DNA of 64,000 bases. Source: a candidate division FCPU426 bacterium (GTDB lineage: Bacteria > Oederibacteriota > JAAXVQ01 > JAUVAV01). Position 1 is the stretch's first letter. Each line of letters begins with the position of its first letter. The stretch spans positions 352,001-416,000 of the forward strand of contig JBFLYH010000001.1 in assembly GCA_040756875.1 (NCBI GenBank), given 5' to 3'. The notes under the pieces were generated by a model. The model made no database searches. It was not told the origin of the DNA and saw nothing but the letters and a program-made list of their open reading frames with translations. Positions 44,401 to 56,400 of the stretch are shown here, piece by piece. The position numbers were made by a program, and so were the translations under genes.

Positions 44401-47400
44401 GCAGAACGAAGGCCTGGCGGACGAAAGCCTGGTTGATGACCTGCTTTCCGATTACCGCCAGCAGCGCGACGATCCCGTGGTGATCGTTAAAATCCTGGAA
44501 AGCATGGTGGAAGACGAGGAGTTCTCCCTGGCGTCCGGGAAAATCCTGTCCCTCGCGGCCAAACTGAAGCTGGCCGACCTGCGGGACCTCTTTGTCCGTG
44601 CCAGGGAAACGGCCGGGAGAAAATCGGACTATGAGGTCATGGTGGCCGCGGTCATGGAAGCCGCGGGCCTGAAACGCAAAATCTCCGAGGAAGAACTCGA
44701 TGCGCGCATCCGGGCGGACGTCATGAGCCGGAGGCAGGAAAAGGAAGAATCGGTCTTCGGCGAGCTGCGCTCGGATTTGGGCGGCGAACGGCCGGAAGAC
44801 AGGGCGAATAAAATCCTCAACGGCGGGGACCTGAAAATCCGTTTGGGCCGGATGCTGCTGAATCTTCTGGCTTCCGGCCTGGCCGCCGGGCTGTCTGCGG
44901 CCCTGAGCCCGGCGGGCGTGCACTGGCCGGTTTTCGTGCTCCTGGGCGTGTTCGCCGGCCTGGTCTTCAGCGGCGTGCGCCTGCTGTACTGGGCGTGGTT
45001 GTGGCGCGTGCCGCCTCCCGGCCTGTTGACCCGGCCGCTGCTGGCGCGCGGCCAGGAAAAGCTGGCGCTGCAATTCGAAGGCCTCAGGCAGGAACTCGGG
45101 CGCCGCGGGGTGGACACTGACCGGCTGCAGCTGGGCTGGATCGCGGACGAACAGCCGCTCGGCTGGGATGAAATCCTGCCAAGGCCAGAAGCGTGGGGGA
45201 CCTGGTTCCGGCTCCCGGCCGGCTGGCGCGGAAAACTGGGCGCCATCCGCCTGGGAAGAGGCGAGGGCGACCGGGTGCTGGTCCATCCCCTGGTCATGTT
45301 CCTGCCGGCCTGGGCGCAGCGCGCTATTTTGACGCATGAAATATATGAAGCGCAGGGCGCGGGACACTGGCGCGCCACCTGGGCGGAATTCGGGGGCGTG
45401 TTGCGTTTCCTGGCTGCGGCCGCGGTTCTGAGAATGCGCGGGGAAGCGCCGGTCTCGGATCAGCCCCGCCCCGCGGCCGCGCCGCTCGGCATGTATCCGG
45501 CCATGATTGAACTCACCTCGCGGGTCATGCCGCGGCTCCTGGGACGGATCATGCCGCAGAACGAAATATATATGTACAGCGCCCTGGTGACCGCGCCCTT
45601 GCTGGAATCCCTGTCCGTGGTGTTTATCATCGCCGCCAACCTGCTCCATGCCTTCAACGCCTTGCCGTTTGATCCGCGTTTGACCTGGCCGGCGGCGGTC
45701 ATCTTCACCAATTTAGTCTACGCCCTGGGCCACGGCTTCGGCGCCTATGAAGTGCGGCGGAAACCCGAATCCAAGCTGGTCGAGATCGTGCCCGTGACGG
45801 TCAGGACCTGGCAGGGCCGCATTAAAAACTGGGGTCGCTTCTACCTGCTGGGCCTGTCCTTCCACGGGTTGTTTTACCTGGGCCTCCTGCTGGCCCCGTT
45901 TGCCCACGAACCGCTCGCCCACGCAGCCGCGCTGGTCTTCATGGTGCTGGGCGCCATTGCCGCGCCCTTCCTGCACCGCTCGTACCATCAATCCGTGCTG
46001 CGCAAACCGGAGGATTATCCAGCCTGGCTGCGCGTGCTGGGCATGGTCGGCGCGAGCGGGGAAATCGCCGGAACCATTCCAGCGGGGATCGGAAGTCAGG
46101 CCGCGGAAACGGCTCCCGAAACCTCGCCCCTGACCCTGGAAACCCAAGCGCCGTTCCTGCGCTCCCAGCTCCTGCAAGACCGCGTGCTCGATGCGCTGGA
46201 GGCCCTGGGCGGCCGGGCCACGCTCGAGGAACTGGCCAGGGTCCTGCGCCGCACCCAGGCTCCGGTGCGCAAGGCGGTGCGGCGGCTGGATTTCGAAGAA
46301 ATCAACCGGGTGCGCGAGGCCAAGGGAAAAATGCCGCTGTATCCCGTGCTGCCGGCCCGGACCAAGCTGGTCCAGGACGAGATCATCGCCGCGCTGGAGG
46401 CTTTGGCCGGAATCGCCGAACCCGCGGAGATCGCGGCCTTTAGCGGCCAATATGTGACGGTCACGCGCCAGGCCCTGCGGGAAATGGATTTCAATCTGCT
46501 GAACCGCATGCGCGCGGCGCGGGGCCTGGCGCCCCTGACCGTCATCCTGCGGCGGGGAACGCCGGAACAGGTCGGCATCAACCGCAGCAGTTTGTCCGTG
46601 GATATCGGCGATTTGAACGGCCTGGTTGCGGAACTGGCAGCCCGAATTCCCAACCCTGCCCCGGCTCCGTACGCGGACCTCTATGCGCGGATTGCATTGC
46701 CTCTCCTGGTTTCCGCGTCCTTCCGGCTGGCGCCGCAGACCGGCGATCCCGAGGCCGACGCCCGCAACCGCGAGGATTTCCTGCGCGCCCTGAGCCAGTC
46801 GCTGGCAGACCTGGTTGCCAAACCCGAAGGCCCCTTTGCCGTGCTGGCTGCGGACCCGATCCTGGCCCGGATCTTTTGGGCCTTGTTGGTTCCTCGGGCG
46901 CTCATGATGACCGCCGGCGGGGAAGCGGCCGCCGGATTTTCCCTGGCGGCGTTTGAGCGGAATTTGGAAACCGTCCTGGCTCATTATCAAAGCCGGAGCA
47001 AACAACCGCTTCAGCCCATGTCCGTGGAGTTCGGCGGTTTGGGCCGGATCATCCGAGCCGGCGAACGTTTCCGGTCGCTGCGCCGGCAGGCCGGGGACGG
47101 GCAGCCCTATGCGTTTGCGGGCAAGGCTGATCTGCAGTCTATGTACGCCGAAAGGGTCCGCCAGGCTCCGGCTGGGCCCGCAGCGCAAACGGCGGCGCTG
47201 TCCGGCGACCATTCGGAAATCGTCAAGTCGCGGTTTGTGACGTGGCGGCAGACCGGGACCGGTCTCTTGCCCGGGGATTACCTCGAATTCGAGTTGACGC
47301 CGGGCCGGAACAAAACCCTGACCTACCAGAATGCGAGCGCAGTCTTCTCGTTCAAAACCCTGGCCGCGGCCGCGTCCTTCCAGGCGGTATTGGTGGCCGA

Positions 47401-50400
47401 GGAGGATCCGAACCACGGGTTGGTGGTCAATGCCTACCGCCGCGAAGCCTTCCTGTCCGGCGACTGGACCCAGCCCGTCAAAACCTTCAGGCATGCGTTC
47501 GGGGAGAACCCGTTCAATCTGGCTGCGGCGGATGTGGCCAAGGCCTTCTATTCTCCGGAGGAACTGGCCCTGCAGGGCAGGCCCTATGCGACCCGGCTGA
47601 CCGAAAAAGGCCTGGTGGATTACCACCTCCCCCTGGAACCCGGCGCCGCCGCGCTGCCGGTGAAGATGATCGTGCCGGAAAAACGGTTCAGCCAGGGGGG
47701 CCTGGCCAAGGCCGAGGTGGTTTGCCGGGTGGAAAACGATCCGAACCAGGGCCAGATCATCAACACCTATCTGGCCGAGGATTTCAAGGCCGGCCGCGTG
47801 GACGCACCCCTCATGACGTACGCCATCCTGCGCGCAGGCCGCCACGCCGAACTGGTTGACAACCTGGCCCGGCTGGACATTTTAGCTGCCAGGGAAGGCA
47901 AGCCGCTGGCGCTGTTAGGGCGGGAGTTTGAAACCAGCCTGAAAATACAGACCGTTACCGGGAATCCCTACGCCTGGTTCTCGGTCGAATGGCGGGGCCG
48001 GTTCGCGCGCTTCAGCATCCCGGCCAGAACGCTCGCGCCCGAGGTGCTGGCTGCGCCGGTCAAGGTCCGCGTGGAAACGGATGAGGTTTTGGGCCAAGTG
48101 GTCCGCGTTTATTCCACGCACACCCTCCAGGGGCAGCCGCTGCTGCTGCGGACCTTCCAGTATCCGGTCGCAGCGGAAGCGCCGGCAACCGGCGGAGCCG
48201 AAGAAACCGTCCCGGCCCAAGCTCAAGCCGGGGAACAACCGGAGGCCGGCCTGGTTGAATGGGTTCGTCTGCTGGAACAGGAAAACCTGATCGGGAAAGA
48301 GACGGCCGTTGCCGTGGTGCAGGGACAAGACCGCGAGGCCGAAAAAACCGCGCTGCGGGAATTGCTCGAAACGCTGAATGATGAAGAAGTCCTGCAGCTG
48401 GGCATCGGGACGATCCGCGAAAAATCGTCCCAGGTCCCGTTGCGCGAGGTGCTGCGGGCGTTCCTGGCCCTGCGCGCCGGGGAAGCGGAAGCCGACGACT
48501 TCGAACTCATCACCGCGGCGGTCAAGCAGGCCATCGGCTACAAGGAACCCAAGTACAGCCGGGAGGAAGTGGCGGCGCGGATTACGGCCAGCATCAGGGA
48601 AAAATCTCTGCAGGAAAGGCCGGAAAGCGCCAGCGCGTTTTTCGATATGCAGCCGCAGGGCGACGCCCGCCGCAACCGGGCGGAATTCGAGCAAATCAAC
48701 AACGGCTCAACCAAGTTGGGCGACCTCGGCGGCCTGATGCCCTGGCTGCGGCAGCTGCTGGTGGAACGCCTGGGCTGGATGCAGGACGCCACGTACGTAA
48801 AATGGGCCTGGGCCATCGAGGCCGTGCCCATGGGCATCGCCGGCCTGGCCGCGGCCGCGATCGCGGCCTGGACCGGGTTCTTCGACCCCGCAGCCGGACT
48901 CGAAGCCTTCGCGCTCCTGGCGGTCCGCCTGGCCTGGGGCCTGTTCCCAATCCTGCACTTGATCGTGAACGGCCGGCTGACCTGGCAGGGCCTGACCGGC
49001 ACCGAAAAAACCAATGCCGTCCTCGCGCTCGCCCTGGCAGCCGTGAACCTGGCCGCTTCGCTCGCGCCGGTTCCGCTCTGGAACCTCCTGGTGTTCGGCC
49101 TGGCTTCCCACGCCGGGCTTAATGCATGGCTCAGGCTGTCACCCTGGCAGTTCAGGCTCCGGAGCCCTGTGCGTGTGCTGCAGCTGGGCACGCCGGACGG
49201 CGTTTTCAGCCTGCCCTGGCCTGTGCTCCAATCCCCAATTGTGATGATGAATTCCCTCCGGAACAACGGGGGCAACGGCCCGCAACTGCTGCGCTCCCAA
49301 CTGCTGCAGGACCGGATCCTCGACGCGCTCGAAGCCCTGGGCGGCAGGGCCACGATCGAAGACATCGCGGCCGTTGTCCGCCGGGGGCATTCGCGGGTGA
49401 ATGAAACCGTTAAAAAACTGGATTTCAAGGCGATCAACCGCCAGCGCCTGCTGGACGGCCGGATGCCCTTGTTCCCGCCGGTCAACGCCAAAACCATGCT
49501 GGTCCAGGACGAAATCATCGCGGCCATGGAGATGCTCGGCGGCATCGCGGCGCAGCGGGAAATCATCCGGTACAGCGGGCTGGACCGGCAAACCGTTTCC
49601 CGGACCTTGAAGGCCATGGATTTCGGATTGATCAACGGGATCCGCGAAGCCCGGGGGCTGTTCCCGCTGCTGGTGATCCATGCGGACGCCCCGGCCTACC
49701 GCTTTGACGACGCCAAAGCCAGCCGGGATACGACCCTGCAGGAGGACGTGCTCGCCGGCCTGACCGAAGACTTTGGAACCGCCCAGGCCGGACTGTTCGG
49801 GCGGACGATCCTGCCCTGGCTGCTGCACGTTTCGCAGGCCACGGTTCCGGCCGTTGAAGACGATGTGATGATGCAGATCAACCGCGAGGATCTGGTCTAT
49901 ATCATCATGCGCGCTTGCCGGACCCGGTTTGAGACGATGATGGCTGATTGGAGGGCGAAAAATCCCGCGGCGACCCGGCGGCAGGAGGCGGGGCTTTTCC
50001 GCGCCTATTGGGGCGTGCTGGTGCCGCGCGCCTTGAACGCCGCCTGGCCGCAGTTCCTCGCCTTGCGGCTGGATGACGAACAATACTTGGATTTTGAGAA
50101 CACCCGGGTCGAGGAAGCATTTGCCGCCAGTCTGGATAAAACGGTAAGGCAGTTCGAGGGCAAAAGCGTGGTCGCGGTCGCGCGCGTGTCCGTGGACTTC
50201 AACGCGGAGCATAGGCTCGCCGAGGCGGCCGCCCATTACCAGGCCCTGCGCCGGCAAGCCGGAGACACGGAACCGTACGCCCAATTGGATGCGCGGGCCT
50301 TGGAAGCCTATTACGCCGGCCGCCAGGCGGCCGAACAGGCCGAAACCCCCGCGGGCGCCGGCCAACTGAAACCCGGCCATCCGCTGGCAGCGCACCTACT

Positions 50401-53400
50401 GAAGGTGCATCCGGAGCTGCTGCGGTCGCATTTGGTTGCCTGGTACCAAGCGGGCAGGGAACCGCAACCCGGCGAATACTTGCTGACCACGATCTACCCC
50501 GGAAAAACCAAGCATGTCTATCATCAGGACCAGCAGGCGTTTTTCTCCTTTATCACCCTCGCGGACAACCGCAAAGCCATCAAAACGGTTTTCCTGGTTG
50601 AACGCGACCCCAACCACGGGGTGGTGGTGAATGTCTATGAGGAGGACAAGTTCTTCCGCGGCAACTGGTCCCAGCCGCTCGGCACCTTTAAATTCGGGCC
50701 CCACGGCAGCCTCTTCGAGCCCGCGGCAGCCGACATCATCAAGGCGTTCCACCACCTGCAGGCCCTGCAGGTTTACGGGCGGCCGCTCGCGGCCCGGATC
50801 CGCGCGAACGGAGCCGTAGGGTTCACGTTCAGCCCGGATAACGCCTCGCCCAACTTGCCGGTTCGAATGACCGTTCCCGCGGACCTCATGCGGGAGCGGG
50901 ATCTGGCGGGCCGGGAAGCGGTTTGCTCGGCCGAAGAAGACCCCAACCACGGGCCGATCGTCCAGATCCGGCTGGCCGGCGCCTCGGATGAATTGCTGGT
51001 CAGTTATGTCTGGCACGAAGGCAAGCAAGCCTCGCTCCCGGTGGATTCGCTCAGCCGCCTGGACATCCTTGCGGCCAAGGAAGGCAGGCGGCTGTCCGAA
51101 TACAACCGAGAGTTCAGGACCCGCTTTTCGCAGCATGTGATCGGCGGCCTGCCGTACGGCATCTGCGAGGTCAAATGGCAGGGCAAGTCCTTCCGGACTT
51201 CGTTCCCGTGCAAGGACCTGCCGCCCGAGGTTCTGCAAGCCGGCCTGGTTTTGCGCGTGGCGCCGGACGCTTCGCCTGAAAACCAGGTGGTCGAAATTTA
51301 TTCGGCCCTTGGATACGGCCAGCCGCAAACCAGAAGGTTGCTGAAAGAAGTCTCGCTCCCCGTCGCCGCCGAGGCGCGGGCGTTGCCGAAGGCGCCGGAA
51401 ATCCCCGCCGCCTGGGTGGATGCCTCGCAAGTTTTCGCCGGCCTGGCGGAGCAACTGCAAGCCGCGGATCTTCCCGAGCCCCAGGCTGTCCTGGCCCGGA
51501 CCCGCTTGGCCCGGGTGCTGGCCAGGATGCATTCGAACATGACCAGTTTGCTGGCCGGCGGACTGGACTGGAACGACAGGGCAGCGGTTCAGCAGGCGCA
51601 AAACCTTCGGTGGTACGCCCGGCAGCTGACCAACGCCCTGGAAACCGCGCTGGGCCGGGAAACTGATGCCGCTGCATTCAGCCTGTATGAACAGCTCGGC
51701 CAGCTGCTTTCAACCTACCGCGCGCAAATGACGGAAGCTGCGGCGGTGTATTCCGGCGACACCGTGGCTGATGTGAAAGACGCCCTGGCAGGCGGCCTGG
51801 ATCATCTGGCCGTGGCCCTGCGCCGCCTGGATATGCGGCGCGCCGCCCTCCGGAAACAGCAACAAAAATCAGCGGCCGCGCAGCCGGTCCGACTGACCCT
51901 GCCCTCGACCGAAGTCCTGGCCGGCCCAGAGGCCAAAGGCCTGGCCGCAGTCCTGGTGCGGCGGCTGGGCGAATGGGGCATCGCGCTGGTCGAGGAGCTC
52001 GGGCTCGGCACGTCGGGGAAGAACATCGCCGCCTTCGCGGCGGTGAGGACCGACGTGCGGCTGCGCACGGTCTGGGAGGCGCTCCGGCAGGGCAGGCTCC
52101 TGCCGGCCGCGGGTGCGGCCGGTTGGCTGGCCCTGGCTTTCATGACCGCCGTGAACCCAGTCCTGCTGGCTGCCCTGGCGCCCTTGCTGCTGATCGGCCT
52201 GGGCTGGACGCAGATCGAGTATGCCGCCGGGCACCTGAATACAGACCGCGCCGAGTGGGTCGGCCGCCTGCGGGCCACCTTGCTGTTCAACGCGGTGGCC
52301 GTGGGAACCGCGCTGCTCCTGGCCGGAGCGGCCGTGGCTTTCCTCAGCGGGCCGGCCCTGGCCGGCGCCCTGCTGGCCGCGCCCCTGGCCGGCGTCCTCG
52401 CGAGCACCGCGGTCCACCGGCTTTGGAACCTGCGCGCGCCGCCCAACCTGCGGATGACGCAAGGCAAGGTCGGGATCCAGACCCTGACCGCCTGGCGGCC
52501 GGATGCAACCCTGCTGGCCGGCGATCCGACGGCCTATTATTCGCGGTTGGTGGAGACCGCGCCCACGTCCGGCCTCCGCAATTTCCTGCTTTACGATTCC
52601 GAATCCGGAAACCTGCGGGCTTTCTTCCTCAAACTGAAACCCGGCTGGCTGGTGGCCCATGACCCGGACCTGCTGGCCGCCATGTTCATTAGCGGCATCT
52701 TCGGCCCGGAGTGCCGGCTGGCGCATCGGCCGGGCGTGGGCGTGTTTCTGTACTGGCAGGACGAGGCCCGGCGGGTGATCCGGGAGAATGCCGACCTTTT
52801 TTCCGAATTATTGGGCCAGCCGCCGCAGAGCCTGTCCGATCAGGCGCTCGACGCGGCGCTGCCCGGCCTGCTGAGGCGCCTCATGAGCATGGACGCCCTG
52901 AGCGGGGACTGGCAGTACCCGGCCCAGGTGGGCCTGCTGCTGGGCTTCCCGCGGGCCGAGGCCCTCAACTACGCGCGCTACGACCAGCAGATTGACGAGG
53001 TTTACAGCCTGCTTCTGAAGCAGCCGCTGACCGCCGAGGAACAGCGCGTGGTGGCGATTTATCATCAGCCGCGCCTCGATTACCGCAACGTGCATCTGCG
53101 CGGCGCCTTGAACCAGGCCCACGTGGCCCGGCGTTCGTACCTGCGCGCGGCCATGGCCGGGATTCTGGAACGCTATCTGCCGGATCTGCCGCCCGGGCTC
53201 CGCAATTCAGTCCTGGACGAGCGCCTGGTCAGCGTGCAGGGCAGCTTCTACATGCTGGCGCATACGCCGGCGGGCCCGGCGTTCTGGGCCGCGGTGGCGC
53301 GCCGGTTCCGCGATACGGGCATGGAGTCGGCCGTGGAGCGGCTGCGGGCCCGTTATCCGTACGCGTCGGCGCTGGATCCGAGGGAAGTCCTGCGCGATCT

Positions 53401-56400
53401 GCTGGGCGAATTGGCTCGGGCCGGGATCCCGGGCGAAGAGCAGCGCATGATCCGCCTCTACCTCCGCTACCTGAGGCAGGGCAGCGAATTCGGCCTGCGC
53501 ATCCTCGCGCCCAAACTGACCCAATTGTTCCAGAAATACAATGTGTGGCTGGCCCAGGGCAGTTTCGATCCTGCGGCCAACGCCGCGGCCATCAACAACC
53601 TGTTGCAGGCGCGGCCAGGGCCGGTCCGGCGCTGGTTCAATCCTGGGGGGACCGGTGGGATGTTGGCCTTACTGCTTCTCCTGGGCGGCGGCTTCCTGCT
53701 GGCCAACCTGGATTGGGCCTGGGCCAGAGACCTCTCGCATACTTTAGCCGGCATGGGCTGGGGGCCGGAGCACAATCTGCTGCTGGGTTTTGTCACCTTC
53801 AACGGCCTGTCAAATCCCGACAGCCCGCAAGCGAACCGCAACATTATATATACGCGCCAGGGCAACCGCCTGGTGCCGGTGCCCGGGCCGTTCGGGAAAT
53901 ACCGCCTCGAAAGCATCAGCGACCATCCGGACGCAATCGTCAAAAACGCGGACCTGGACCAGCGGGGCGGTTTCCCGCGCGAACTCAGGGCCTGGTGGTC
54001 CAACCACCCGCTTGCCAACCGCACTGACCTGACCGCTGAATACAGCCAAGGCCGGCTGGTCCGGGTCTGGGCCGGGGACCCATATCCGGAGAACGACCTG
54101 GCCCGGCGGGATGCGGCCGTGCCGGTCGTTTGGTTCGCGGAACCACGGTGGGCGGAAGGCTGGGACGTGGTCGGCGAGAACCGGGTTTATGTGGCCGACG
54201 AAGCCGGCCGCCTGGCCATCCAGGCCGTGGCCGGCCGGGCATACACTCAGGAAATGGTGGAGCAGTACCCCGACGCCGTGGTCAAGGGCGACAGCCTCAA
54301 CCACAAGGGCGGGCTGAAGCACGGCGGCGGCCTGGTGTGGGACGCGCGGCCTGAGTTTGCTTTCCAGGATGTCACGATTGAATACCGCGGAAAACGCGTG
54401 GTGCGGGTGTGGCTCGGCGATCCCTATCCTGACCATGACCGCAACCGGCCGGACCTGGACGCGCCCCTGATCTGGTTCGATCCCGCGGTCGGGGCGGGTG
54501 AATTCACGCCCCTGGGCCGGAACGTGGTGTATGTGGCCGAAGGCAACCGCCTGGTTGCCCAACGGATCGCGGGCGGCACTTACACCGAAGCCGACGTGGC
54601 GCTGCAACCCGACGCCATCGTCAAACTGGCGGCGTTCGACTCCAAGGGCGGTTTCAAGCACGGTGGCGTCAGGCGCTGGTGGAACCTGGTCGGATACGGG
54701 GACCGGCCGGACATCACCGCGGAATACCGGCAGGGTAAGCTGGTGCGGGTGTGGGACGGCGACCCGTATCCTGAAAACGACCTGTCCCGGCCCAGCCAGG
54801 ACGTTTCTCTGCTCTGGTTTGACAGCCCAGCCGACGCTGACGGCTGGTCCCTGGCCGGCCGCAACGTGGTCTATGTGCCGTCCGAGGGGCGCCTGGTGCC
54901 GCAGGAAATCGCGGGCGCGCATTACGGGATAGACCGGGTGCAGCGGTATCCCGAGGCTGTGGTGAAGAACGTCCACACGGACAAAAAGGGCGGCCTGAAG
55001 CACGGCGGGGCCAGGTTGTGGTGGAACAAGACCGGGTTCGAGAACCGCACGGACCTGACCGTAGTGTACCGGAACGGGCGCCTGGTTGAAGTGTGGGCCG
55101 GAGATCCCTACCCGGACAATACGCTCGACGTTTCGGCGCAGAAAGCCGAGCTGATCTGGCAGCCGGCCATGCCCGGGCCCCTGCAGGCGTTCAACCTGTT
55201 CCAGGCCGCGGCCGCCGCGTTCCTGCTGGCCGGCGCTTCGGCTGTCGGGCTGGCCCTGCTGGCCGCGCTGAGCTGGCCGGTCTGGGCCCTGGTCGCGGTT
55301 GGCGCGCTGCCCGGCGCAGGCGCGGCTTTCGCGCTGGTCCTGGCCGCGCAGGCCGGCCTGGCCTGGTTCGGACGCCTGGCTGCGCCGGCCACGGCGCCGG
55401 CTGACCCCGCGCTCCAAGCGCGCTATCGGGAGGCGTTCGCCGCCTGGCCGGATACGCACGTGTTCTTTACGGACAAGCTGCCGTGGCACCAACTGGCCAG
55501 GACGCGGCGCGAAGCGGACGACACCTGGACCGTCGAACTGGCCTCGTGGCTCGCCGGCCAGGCCAAGGCCAACACGCTGTTCGCCAAGCTGCAGCAAATG
55601 CTGCTGCCCATCATCACCACGCACGAGAACCTGCGGCGCGCGGGCTGGAACGGCTGGCGCGTGTATCTGGCCAAGCTGGGGCAGGCACCCACCTACGGCC
55701 GGGCCCGGCGGGCGGGCGAAACCGCGCCCGTGCCGGAAAAATCCGCGGCCGAGGAGATCGCCGGGCAACTGCTGGATCCGTCCGGCTCCAGAGAAGTGGT
55801 CATCACCGCGGATGACGGACAACGGTTCACTTTCAAGCTGGCCACTTCCTTGGCTGAACTGGACAGCTGGTTCTACATCGAGGCGCACCGGGATGGGGAA
55901 CTGATCGGTGAAGCGCATGTCACCGGCGGCAATCAAATGTTCCGCATCACCGGCCGGCCGGATGATGCGGCGATTTGGACGGACAAAACAGGGTACCGGG
56001 GGCTGGGCACCGGACTACTGGCTGTGGCACTGGCCATCTGCGCCACAAGAGGGCGCCGGGAATTCTTCGTTAAAAGCGGTCAAGCGGCGGCCTATTTTTA
56101 TGAACAGGCAGGCCTGCAGCCCACGGGCAAGGCCGGAGAATTCCGCTATGATCTGACCACGGGCAAGTATCCGCCGGTCGAAATTACGCGCAAGCCTGAA
56201 CCAGTCCAACAACAGGCGTTCGTTCAAACTGCCATCAACGGCCGCAACCTCGGGGAACAATGGAAGGTGCTGAGGCCCGCTGATTTCCCCCGCGACCCTG
56301 GCGGCGCGTTCCGCGCCTTTACCCGCCAGGAAATGGCCGAACGCCTCCGGGCGCGGGCCGGAGAGCTGGCCGGCCGGATCACGGATCCAGTGGAACGGAG

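Noticed and set aside
52530-53340. Possible DUF3793-like domain (GLLLGFP)
   Set aside because: A single short motif, insufficient without a profile search.
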